The position numbers were made by a program, and so were the translations under genes. A DNA stretch of 64,000 nucleotides from a virus, in the IMG/VR virus record IMGVR_UViG_3300044548_000056; one strand, 5' to 3'. Positions 20,232-27,909 of this stretch are shown one piece after another (the first letter of the stretch is position 1; the number at the start of each line of letters is the position of its first letter). The notes under the pieces are model-generated. The model made no database searches and was not told the DNA's origin. It was given only the letters and a program-made list of their open reading frames with translations.

Positions 20232-20405
20232 CTACTTAAATACCCTTTTTAAAAACCTTTGGTAAAACCATACAGAGTACAAAATTCCAACGGTATTGAC
20301 CCACCAGTTAAATTCGCCTGTTTCAGGATTAACATCATTGAAAGTCAACAGGCAAGGCAAAGCCAACAGGCTAAGCAGTAATACGTTTATTATTACCTTT
20401 TTCAT
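20232..20405 (-). CDS. Small two-TM membrane protein (57 aa, below the ORF-track cutoff)
   Basis: Manual translation MKKVIINVLLLSLLALPCLLTFNDVNPETGEFNWWVNTVGILYSVWFYQRFLKRVFK*; overlaps the end of the 104-aa gene. Confidence 0.7.
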   Translation of the reverse strand: MKKVIINVLLLSLLALPCLLTFNDVNPETGEFNWWVNTVGILYSVWFYQRFLKRVFK

Positions 20406-20685
20406 CGTTTCTTCTTTTATAAGGTTTCCGGTGTTTTATAATAGCATATTTAAGTACGTCCGAAGCGTTACAGAACCACTTCCCGTTTTGTTTATTAGTA
20501 GGCTTATCTGCCTGTATCTTTCCTTCCTCAATCAACCGCAATAAACGACCTAAGCCCCCGACCATCGAAGCTGCTTTTCTTTGGCCGAAATACTCTTTAC
20601 TCATAATAAATAATATATTATCTAACTTTGCCTCCGGTGTTCTATCATCCAAAATAGAACGATGTAAATTACTGTTATATATCAT
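20371..20685 (-). CDS. Small DNA-binding protein (excisionase-like HTH, inferred)
   Basis: AASMVGGLGRLLRLIEEGKI...KWF pattern; coupled in early operon. Confidence 0.55.
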   Translation of the reverse strand: MIYNSNLHRSILDDRTPEAKLDNILFIMSKEYFGQRKAASMVGGLGRLLRLIEEGKIQADKPTNKQNGKWFCNASDVLKYAIIKHRKPYKRRNDEKGNNKRITA

Positions 20686-21068
20686 GCTGCTAATAAATTA
20701 ATATCATTATCACTTCTTCCTCCTACTCTCATGTAACGCATAGCTATTCGTGCTCTTGACGGGGTTTTCGCTCTCCGCATATCTACATTGTTACAGGTTA
20801 CTTGCATCACAAGGAAAAGGACACAAAACAAAAGTTCCAAGCCATGTTTGCGAATCTCCTTTAAATCAAAATTCCGGTGAAGCCTATCACATATCATATA
20901 AAGTACTAGTTCGGTATCCTTTGAAATGCCCAGTTTCCTGTATATTGTCCGCTTCTGCGTTTTCACCGTCCAAAGAGACTTATTAAGATTGTCTGCCACT
21001 TCTTTATCTGCAAGCCCTTTGCAATACTCACTGGCAACAAGTTTCTCTGCTTGAGACAAAGCGAGCAT
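20682..21068 (-). CDS. LuxR/GerE-type HTH regulator
   Basis: LSQAE...GLADKEVADNLNKSLWTVKTQKRTIYRKLG. Confidence 0.85.
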   Translation of the reverse strand: MLALSQAEKLVASEYCKGLADKEVADNLNKSLWTVKTQKRTIYRKLGISKDTELVLYMICDRLHRNFDLKEIRKHGLELLFCVLFLVMQVTCNNVDMRRAKTPSRARIAMRYMRVGGRSDNDINLLAA

Positions 21069-21283
21069 TACGCAACACGTTTAACTCTAAAAATACCTTT
21101 CCTCTTATCAATGTCACCTATCCTTTTCCAGTCAGCCCCCTCTACACACATTTCCAATCTTAGCCGGGAGAGCAAAGAGTTAATAGTAGAAATACTCTTT
21201 ACTGGAAATGTCAAAACATCACCTACTCTCATGCTACGCAATGCAGGAGAATAGTCCTCTGTTACTAATTGCACTTTTTCCAT
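21068..21283 (-). CDS. Hypothetical phage protein
   Basis: 71 aa, coupled to LuxR gene, A-rich leader. Confidence 0.7.
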   Translation of the reverse strand: MEKVQLVTEDYSPALRSMRVGDVLTFPVKSISTINSLLSRLRLEMCVEGADWKRIGDIDKRKGIFRVKRVA

Positions 21284-21399
21284 TTTTATAAAATTTAATG
21301 ATTAATAATAGGCCTCCCGAGTCAATTCGATCGACAGCATCACGCTTATTCGGGAGTTTTTACCTAATTTTGAAGTGTCAAATAAAAAATTAAGTAATT

Positions 21400-21753
21400 A
21401 TGAAAAATTTAAAATCTCAAAGAGAACTAGTAGAAGAACTTATTCTAAGCTATTGTGATTTATCATGCAAATACGATAAGCTTGAAGAACTTGGGATTTC
21501 AATAGGACTAGAATTCTTTAACATTGATAATCTTCTTGACTGGGCTTTGGATATTGTCGGATTCCCTATAGAGACACCCCTTGAAGAAGATAGCGAGAAT
21601 GAACACTATTTCAGTAGAGATTATCTTGCTGATAAAATTTCACCAAGTGCAACAAGTGCAAACAAGGCGCATAGTGCGGTGAAAGAATACGTAGACTTTC
21701 TTTATAAAGAATTAGAGAGTTTGAAGAAAGAATCTCCTCAGCTTTTTCGGTAA
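21400..21753 (+). CDS. Hypothetical acidic accessory protein, antisense to the early operon
   Basis: 117 aa with own TAATTTTG (-7) box at 21365-21372. Confidence 0.65.
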   Translation: MKNLKSQRELVEELILSYCDLSCKYDKLEELGISIGLEFFNIDNLLDWALDIVGFPIETPLEEDSENEHYFSRDYLADKISPSATSANKAHSAVKEYVDFLYKELESLKKESPQLFR

Positions 21754-21886
21754 GCTGAATATCCATTCCGTGATTGGAATCCATTTTTATTATAAACCCG
21801 TTATTAGCGAGTAAATTAATGAGAGATAGAACTCTCAACCTAGGAAGTTCTATCTCTTTTGAAATGATTGATAAACTTAATTTCAT
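21611..21886 (-). CDS. Possible winged-helix protein overlapping the 117-aa gene tail-to-tail
   Basis: LINLLANNGFIIK...IQLTEKAEEIL is wHTH-like; starts 20 nt after the 56-aa gene. Confidence 0.4.
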   Translation of the reverse strand: MKLSLSIISKEIELPRLRVLSLINLLANNGFIIKMDSNHGMDIQLTEKAEEILSSNSLILYKESLRILSPHYAPCLHLLHLVKFYQQDNLY

Positions 21887-21906
21887 AATATTATTTTATA
21901 AATTCT

Positions 21907-22077
21907 TTAATAGGACAACTTTTCATTTAAGCTATCTTTGATTGCCATAACATCATCTAATGCGTCATTTATTGCATTATCCGGATTATTACTATGTTTC
22001 AGGTATAAAAAATAAATGTGAAAAAATAATCTTCTGTAATACCAATGATTAAATTTTCGTTTAAGAAGTTGAATCAT
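21907..22077 (-). CDS. Small hypothetical protein (56 aa, below cutoff)
   Basis: Manual translation MIQLLKRKFNHWYYRRLFFHIYFLYLKHSNNPDNAINDALDDVMAIKDSLNEKLSY*; A-rich leader. Confidence 0.6.
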   Translation of the reverse strand: MIQLLKRKFNHWYYRRLFFHIYFLYLKHSNNPDNAINDALDDVMAIKDSLNEKLSY

Positions 22078-22101
22078 GATAAGTTTAAAATTTAATTATT
22101 T

Positions 22102-22675
22102 GTGCCCCGATAACCTACAACGATTTCACGACGGAATGAATATACCGTTCGGGGCGTGTCAGCCAACTTCATTTTAACCCGCTACGATCGAGGACAAGTC
22201 TACTCTCTGTTTACTCGGGTATGCTTCGGAGTTCCTATGTACCTTTCTCTGTACGAACTGCGGCAGATTCTACCGGGCCTGCACCCGTGTCCCTACTAAA
22301 GTCTACTTCTGTTTCAATCTTAAAGACATTCACAGTTCCAAGTCTTTCGGGGTGTGTTGTTTCGGGGTCTCGCCTCCCCTGTCCGAATAAGGCCGGACAC
22401 CTTTGTAGTTCCCGTTTCCCATTAAAGGATAGGCTCGTAGGCCGAACGGGGTTGGCTTATCGCCGCCAAGCGCGTGATTAACGGTTCACTGCAACCTCTA
22501 ACCTCTTTCAGATTCTTCTCTCGAATGGCACATTCTCAAAGGGTTTGCATCGAAAACTAAGCCTTGCGCAATATCTTTAAAAGCTACCCGGACAGGTTGA
22601 ATAATCAGTTGTGCACTTGACTGACATTCCAGTTGACTTTGGCCCGGATTGAGTTCTACCTTTCAGTAGCCTTCT
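22102..22675 (-). ncRNA. Candidate large structured non-coding RNA
   Basis: No ORF of 60 aa or more on the transcribed strand; 10-bp end-closing helix (22157-22166 with 22617-22626); about nine hairpins, several with GNRA loops. Confidence 0.55.
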
Positions 22676-22680
22676 TTATA

Positions 22681-22983
22681 TCAATCACCGACGTAGTGAG
22701 AACCGAAACGGCCTTTGCTATTGGGGTTATAAAATGCGGATGAAGGAATGTTCTTATCATCATATCTACTCCTCTTTGCCTGAACCATATCTTCATAAGG
22801 AGCATTGATTGCTTTAGCAACTTCACGAGTTCTCTTTGCTATATTTTCATCAGAGAAACTGTTTTGAAGTTTTGCAAATCTCCAAGCTGATTTTAAGCAG
22901 TCTGAAAAAGACTTTGCACCGTTTGCTCTTTTATAATTTCTATGAGCACTTTTCATAATCATTGATAAATTGTACTTTTTCAT
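22681..22983 (-). CDS. First gene of the early lytic operon, hypothetical (cro position)
   Basis: MKKYNLSMIMKSAH...; likely start ATG 22983 downstream of the promoter (track start 23031). Confidence 0.75.
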   Translation of the reverse strand: MKKYNLSMIMKSAHRNYKRANGAKSFSDCLKSAWRFAKLQNSFSDENIAKRTREVAKAINAPYEDMVQAKRSRYDDKNIPSSAFYNPNSKGRFGSHYVGD

Positions 22984-23068
22984 TGTTTTACTCCTTTTTA
23001 GGTATGTCAAAAATTTGCTATTCTCATCCAAACTTTGTTACTTTGTTGTTGTTTGTTGTTTGATGTTG

Positions 23069-23150
23069 CAAATATACAAACTGTTAGTTTAAAAACAAAC
23101 TATTAAATAACCTAAGTTAGTTTATTTGCAATATTTAACTAACTGTTAGT
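23069..23150. promoter_or_regulatory. Genetic switch: leftward promoter (-7 TATATTTG 23069-23076, -33 TTTG 23096-23099) with operators ACTAAC-T-GTTAGT
   Basis: 19-nt spacer; perfect operator 23138-23150, one-mismatch copy 23076-23088, half site ending 23121. Confidence 0.75.
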
Positions 23151-23159
23151 ATTACTAAT

Positions 23160-23891
23160 ATGGAAAGCTGGGAAAGGATAAAACTAATAATAGAGAATGA
23201 AAGACTGAATAAAACGTCTTTCAGTAAGGCTATAGGTATCACTAACAATGTTACTATAACTCGAATTATAAATGAGCAACGCACACCATCACTGACTACT
23301 TGTGAAAAGATAGTTAGTGCTTTTCCGCAATATAACCTTAATTGGATATTAACCGGAGAAGGTGAAATGCTCAATAGCAGCATAGAAATACCAGCCACAA
23401 AAATAATATCCAATGAAGAAGAGCTGAAAGAGGCTATTAGCAAGGGTATAAAGTTACTTCCAGAGGTGGACTTCAAGTTTGCTGCCGGACAAGCAGAGCT
23501 CATAAATGGAAAGGAATATGTTAAGAGGTACTGGTTCCTCCCGGACTGCCAAGATTGCGAAGCTGTCGCCCAAATTAGTGGTAGTTCGATGGCTCCAGCC
23601 TACCCCTCTGGCTGTTGGATAGCTTTAAAGAAATATGGATTCAGTTTAGATACAGCTACGCAAATCCCCTTTGGTAATGTTTTTGGAGTAGTTGTAGAAG
23701 ATCAGTTCACGGGTGAATACCACGGACATATTAAAGTATTACGTAGATACCAAGATCAAACCTTATCACGTAAATTTTGGATCGCACATTCTCTAAATGC
23801 TGCAGAGTTTGATGACTTCGATATTGAAATAACACAAGTTCGTAGTCTTTGGATAGTAAAACAACACATTGTAAGCGACGTATTATTATGA
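23160..23891 (+). CDS. cI-like repressor (HTH + S24 peptidase-like domain)
   Basis: N-terminal XRE-type HTH; VDFKFAAG linker; ISGSSMAP; divergent from the early operon. Confidence 0.88.
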   Translation: MESWERIKLIIENERLNKTSFSKAIGITNNVTITRIINEQRTPSLTTCEKIVSAFPQYNLNWILTGEGEMLNSSIEIPATKIISNEEELKEAISKGIKLLPEVDFKFAAGQAELINGKEYVKRYWFLPDCQDCEAVAQISGSSMAPAYPSGCWIALKKYGFSLDTATQIPFGNVFGVVVEDQFTGEYHGHIKVLRRYQDQTLSRKFWIAHSLNAAEFDDFDIEITQVRSLWIVKQHIVSDVLL

Positions 23892-23919
23892 AAAACATTT
23901 CAGAAAAGAGGCTATAAAA

Positions 23920-24561
23920 ATGGCTATTTCAAATAATAAAAAATTTTCATTCTTTGACCTGATAATTCTTGTACTATCTTGCTATGTATTGGGCGCAATG
24001 ATTTTTGAGTTATGTGTACCCGTATCAGAAGAAATGAAAGAGTTATTATGGATGATAGATACTAGCATTTGCTTTATCTTTATAATTGATTTTTTAAACA
24101 ATTTCATTCGTGCTCCACGTAAACTGCATTTTCTTAGATATGGCATAATAGATTTATTAGCAAGCATACCTAATGTCGGAATATTAAGATTTGGACGAAT
24201 AGCCAAAATTATTCGCGTTCTTAGAGTAGTAAAAGCTGCAAAATCTATAAACAGCATTTTAAGTCAGACATTCAAGAATAAAGGAGAAAGCATTTTCAAA
24301 TCGGTAGTTTTATTCTCTATCTTACTAGTAATTACGTCATCAATGTTAATATTGATTTTTGAAAAAGGTATAGGAGAAATTAATACTGCTCAAGATGCTT
24401 TTTGGTGGACAATATATACGATATTAGGCATGGACTATTGCAGCCCACCTATATCTATTTACGGAAAAATAATTGCCGCATTATTATCAATATCAGGAAT
24501 GAGCTTGCTTGGTTCATTTACCGCATATTTAGCTGAAATCTTTTTTAATAACAAAAAATAA
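23920..24561 (+). CDS. Six-TM ion channel/transporter (voltage-gated K+ channel-like) with atypical filter
   Basis: S4-like RFGRIAKIIRVLRVVK; pore helix AFWWTIYT; filter reads ILGMDY instead of TVGYGD. Confidence 0.8.
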   Translation: MAISNNKKFSFFDLIILVLSCYVLGAMIFELCVPVSEEMKELLWMIDTSICFIFIIDFLNNFIRAPRKLHFLRYGIIDLLASIPNVGILRFGRIAKIIRVLRVVKAAKSINSILSQTFKNKGESIFKSVVLFSILLVITSSMLILIFEKGIGEINTAQDAFWWTIYTILGMDYCSPPISIYGKIIAALLSISGMSLLGSFTAYLAEIFFNNKK

Positions 24562-24567
24562 AGAACT

Positions 24568-25644
24568 ATGGACTTTAAAGACGCTATCAAACAATTGTCT
24601 GATCGAGTTCTTAAACTCAAAGACAATATCAGTACTGAAGAGGCAACCAAGAATGCCTTTATCATGCCATTTATTAATGCATTGGGCTATGATGTATTTA
24701 ATCCTCTCGAAGTCATACCTGAAATGACATGTGACATTGGAACTAAAAAAGGAGAAAAAATCGACTATGCCATAATGAAAGATGGCGAACCCATTCTTCT
24801 TATAGAATGTAAACACTGGGCACAAGACTTAAATCTGCATGACAATCAATTACTGCGATATTTTAATGTTTCAAAGGCTAAGTTCGGTTTACTAACCAAT
24901 GGAATACTATACAGGTTTTATACAGACCTTATAGAGCCCAACAAAATGGATGAAAAGCCTTTTCTCGAAATAGACATAACAGATATAAAAGAGACACAAA
25001 TAGAAGAGCTTAAAAAATTCCACAAGTCATATTTCGACATTGATAATATATTAAGTTCAGCCAGTGAATTAAAATATACCAGCGAACTTAAAAGTATTAT
25101 TGCCAAAGAGTTTGCAAACCCCTCTTCCGAATTTGTCAAATTCTTCGCTAAGCAGGTTTACGATGGGATGATAACAGCAAAGCTTTTAGATCAATTTACG
25201 TCTTTGACTAAGAAATCTATCTCTAGCTACATTAGTGATTTAATATCCGAAAGATTAAAATCTGCACTAAAAACCGAAGAGACTCAAACAACTACTAAAG
25301 AGGAAGAGCAGCTGCCGGAAGAAACAACAGCTAGTAAAATAAATACCACGGAGGAAGAGATAGAATCATACATGATTATTAAATCTATTTGCAGAGAAAA
25401 AGTTGATGTATCTCGCATATTCTACAGAGATGCCCAAAATTATTTTTCAATATTATTAGATGATAATAATCGAAAATATATATGTCGTATGTACTTTAAT
25501 ACCTCAAATAAGTATGTATCTACAATAGACGAAAATAAAAAAGAAGAAAAGCATCTGATAGAAAGCCTCGATGATCTATATAAATATTCTGAATATTATT
25601 TCAAGGCTATTGAGATGTACGAAAAAAAAGAGAATGAAGAATGA
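24568..25644 (+). CDS. Stand-alone HsdR N-terminal (type I REase-like) nuclease-domain protein
   Basis: EEATKNAFIMPFINALGY, EKIDYAI...LIECK, LTNGILYRFY; no helicase motifs. Confidence 0.82.
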   Translation: MDFKDAIKQLSDRVLKLKDNISTEEATKNAFIMPFINALGYDVFNPLEVIPEMTCDIGTKKGEKIDYAIMKDGEPILLIECKHWAQDLNLHDNQLLRYFNVSKAKFGLLTNGILYRFYTDLIEPNKMDEKPFLEIDITDIKETQIEELKKFHKSYFDIDNILSSASELKYTSELKSIIAKEFANPSSEFVKFFAKQVYDGMITAKLLDQFTSLTKKSISSYISDLISERLKSALKTEETQTTTKEEEQLPEETTASKINTTEEEIESYMIIKSICREKVDVSRIFYRDAQNYFSILLDDNNRKYICRMYFNTSNKYVSTIDENKKEEKHLIESLDDLYKYSEYYFKAIEMYEKKENEE

Positions 25645-25646
25645 GA

Positions 25647-25669
25647 AAGAGGGGCATTATTTGCCCCTC
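25647..25669. terminator. GC-rich hairpin between hsdR-N and lipoprotein genes
   Basis: AGAGGGGCA-TTATT-TGCCCCTCT; no clear U tract, so it may be a processing or stability hairpin. Confidence 0.4.
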
Positions 25670-25684
25670 TAATATAACATAATA

Positions 25685-26680
25685 ATGAAAAAGACTTTAT
25701 TTATTCTATTAGCCACATTAGGCTTTATTAGCTGTTCCACAAGTGATGATCCAACAAATGAAACAACTACTACACCTAAAGAGTATGTTATATCTTTAGG
25801 CTTCTCAGGCGAAATAACAAGCATTGAAGATACACCTTTAACAAAAGCTGTATCAAATAATCTATATGGAATACAGGTATATTTAATGCCAACTAATGGA
25901 ACTGAATATCAGCCTTATGCCTATGGATTATTTGATGATATATCAAATATTACAATCAAGCTTCTTGAGGGATATAAATATAAGTTTGCCTGTACGATGG
26001 TAACTGACGGGAAGAGCAAAATAGCGCATTCCTCAAATGATGGATATGATTTCCCTTTTCTGTTATTTGGTGAACATGGATCAGGTCCAACTCTTATCAT
26101 AGAAAATAAATTAATTTCAAGTAAGTACGAAATTTCTAGTATAGATAACGGATCTTCTGGACTAGCAGTTGATCGTGAAGTCTATAACAGGCCGAACATT
26201 GACAGATATTATGGAGCAATAGCTGATTACATTCCGGTAGAGAACTCTTCTGTGTCCATAGACATGAAGAGAGTGTCGTTTGGGGTTAAGATAATAGCCG
26301 ATGGACTAACAGAAGGAAGTTTGAATATCTCATTGGATAAAGCTCCATCAATGACTATTACTTATCCAAATACGTCAGTGCAGGACATTTTCACCTTCTC
26401 AAATACATATCCCTATGGCATGACATGGACGCAGGATGGATATACTGAAAAAGTATCAATGACAATATCCTGGACAAAAGCAGATGGAGCTGTAGTTCCC
26501 TTGGTTACACAAGACATAACGTTTACCCGCAATAAACTAACTACAATTACAGTAAAAGTAAAAGATAATTCCATTAATAATGGAGTAGATATATCACAAG
26601 AAAGTGCGAGTATGGGTGATGGTGGAAGTGTTACCATTGATACAAGTAACAGCGATGATACAACTGTAACCCCCGGTTAA
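25685..26680 (+). CDS. Surface lipoprotein, type V pilin (Fim/Mfa)-like
   Basis: SpII signal LGFISC; TPLTKA propeptide-like site; beta-rich; C-terminal FTRNKLTTITV pattern. Confidence 0.6.
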   Translation: MKKTLFILLATLGFISCSTSDDPTNETTTTPKEYVISLGFSGEITSIEDTPLTKAVSNNLYGIQVYLMPTNGTEYQPYAYGLFDDISNITIKLLEGYKYKFACTMVTDGKSKIAHSSNDGYDFPFLLFGEHGSGPTLIIENKLISSKYEISSIDNGSSGLAVDREVYNRPNIDRYYGAIADYIPVENSSVSIDMKRVSFGVKIIADGLTEGSLNISLDKAPSMTITYPNTSVQDIFTFSNTYPYGMTWTQDGYTEKVSMTISWTKADGAVVPLVTQDITFTRNKLTTITVKVKDNSINNGVDISQESASMGDGGSVTIDTSNSDDTTVTPG

Positions 26681-26784
26681 GCACAATGTAACAATTAGAA
26701 CTGTTACCTGAGACAAACGTTCAAGATACCAAATTGTGATCTTGAACGTTATTTTGGCATCTTGAACAGTATAATGTAAATTGA

Positions 26785-27360
26785 ATGGAACAATTAGAGC
26801 TTATACAAAGCAAAATATATGATATACGCGGCCAAAAGGTTATGCTTGACCGTGATTTGGCAGAAATGTATGGTGTTGAAACCCGTGCTCTAAATCAGGC
26901 CGTAAAACGAAACATTGAACGCTTTCCTGAAGATTTCATGTTTAAATTGAACGACGAAGAACTACAAAATTGGAGATCACAATTTGTGATGTCCAATTCT
27001 ATAAAGATGGGCATAAGACGTAATCCATACGCTTTCACAGAATTGGGTGTAGCAATGCTTAGTAGTGTACTGAAATCTCAAATAGCCATACAAGTAAACA
27101 TAGGCATTATGCGTGCATTTATTGCCGTTCGCCAATTGATAGCCAATCCTCCGGTTGACAGAGTAGCTCAGTTACAAAACGATCTGAAAGAACTTAAAGC
27201 GTACATAGAGGATGTGTTTGCGGATTACAACGACATAAATGAAGATACCCAGATGCAACTTGAACTAATCAACCAAACGTTGGCCGAGCTTCAATCGCAA
27301 AAGAGATTCTCTGAAAAGCCACGTAACCCAATAGGATTTATAAAACCCAATAAGAAATGA
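26785..27360 (+). CDS. ORF6N domain DNA-binding protein (antirepressor-like)
   Basis: [40 protein letters not shown]. Confidence 0.9.
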   Translation: MEQLELIQSKIYDIRGQKVMLDRDLAEMYGVETRALNQAVKRNIERFPEDFMFKLNDEELQNWRSQFVMSNSIKMGIRRNPYAFTELGVAMLSSVLKSQIAIQVNIGIMRAFIAVRQLIANPPVDRVAQLQNDLKELKAYIEDVFADYNDINEDTQMQLELINQTLAELQSQKRFSEKPRNPIGFIKPNKK

Positions 27361-27605
27361 AATCTATCGTTTATAAATGTTCCAACCTACACACAGGGAC
27401 AAATTACTGCTCCCTCACCCCCACTTGTAAAGGTTGGGGCTGTCGGTTATTAGGAACTCCAATAGATGAGATTCCGACTACCAATAAAGAGAAAGCAAAG
27501 CTATTCTCTAAAGTGTACCGGGAAGCAAAAGCAAAGGGTATTTTAGAGTGCCCACATTATCGCTCCGTCTTTATAGATGAAGTACTTGAAAATATTCATG
27601 GATAA
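27357..27605 (+). CDS. Small Cys-rich hypothetical protein
   Basis: 82 aa, coupled to ORF6N. Confidence 0.65.
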   Translation: MKSIVYKCSNLHTGTNYCSLTPTCKGWGCRLLGTPIDEIPTTNKEKAKLFSKVYREAKAKGILECPHYRSVFIDEVLENIHG

Positions 27606-27909
27606 GAAAAGAGAAAGCATAATCTCAAAATAATCGTTTTGCGATTTTTATTTTATGTACCTAATAAACTATAAGACAGGTTTATATAGAATATTTACCT
27701 TTATAAGTCTAGTTTAGTTTTTGTGTGAGTGCTTCCTCCGTTGGCGAACGATCAGGAAGCACTTTTTTTATTGAATATCAGGTGCTTACAAAATAACCGC
27801 TTTAAAATTCGTTCCAGTTTTGGAAGAAAATAATCGCGGAAAAATCGCAAAAGAGGTCTTTGAATTGCAAAAAAAGCGACAGCAAAAAACCAAAAAAAGC
27901 GAAAATTAT
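27606..27909. other. Probable attP region
   Basis: Non-coding, upstream of int; 13-bp inverted repeat (27637-27649/27840-27852), AAAATAATCG direct repeat 200 bp apart, IHF-like TATCAGGTGCTTA near 27777. Confidence 0.5.
27729..27769 (+). terminator. Intrinsic terminator of the repressor operon
   Basis: GTGCTTCCT...AGGAAGCAC stem followed by a T run. Confidence 0.75.

Noticed and set aside
22231-22258. Hairpin resembling group II intron domain V (GAAA loop, bulge)
   Set aside because: No AGC/CGC catalytic triad in register, no GUGYG 5' end or domain VI, and no RT/maturase
22221-22481. 86-aa plus-strand ORF in the structured region
   Set aside because: Opposite to the operon strand, Ser/Pro/Arg-rich, no promoter or A-rich leader; better explained as ncRNA background
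22620-22638. Third copy of the late-promoter dyad (ACTGACAT half)
   Set aside because: Second half does not match; the sequence is better explained as part of the RNA closing helix
24568-25644. Complete type I restriction-modification system
   Set aside because: Only the HsdR N-terminal domain is present; no helicase, HsdM or HsdS
27820-27909. N-terminal extension of the integrase in the ORF track
   Set aside because: Starts at TTG within the attP-like repeats and is Lys-rich filler; ATG 27910 gives a typical arm-domain start
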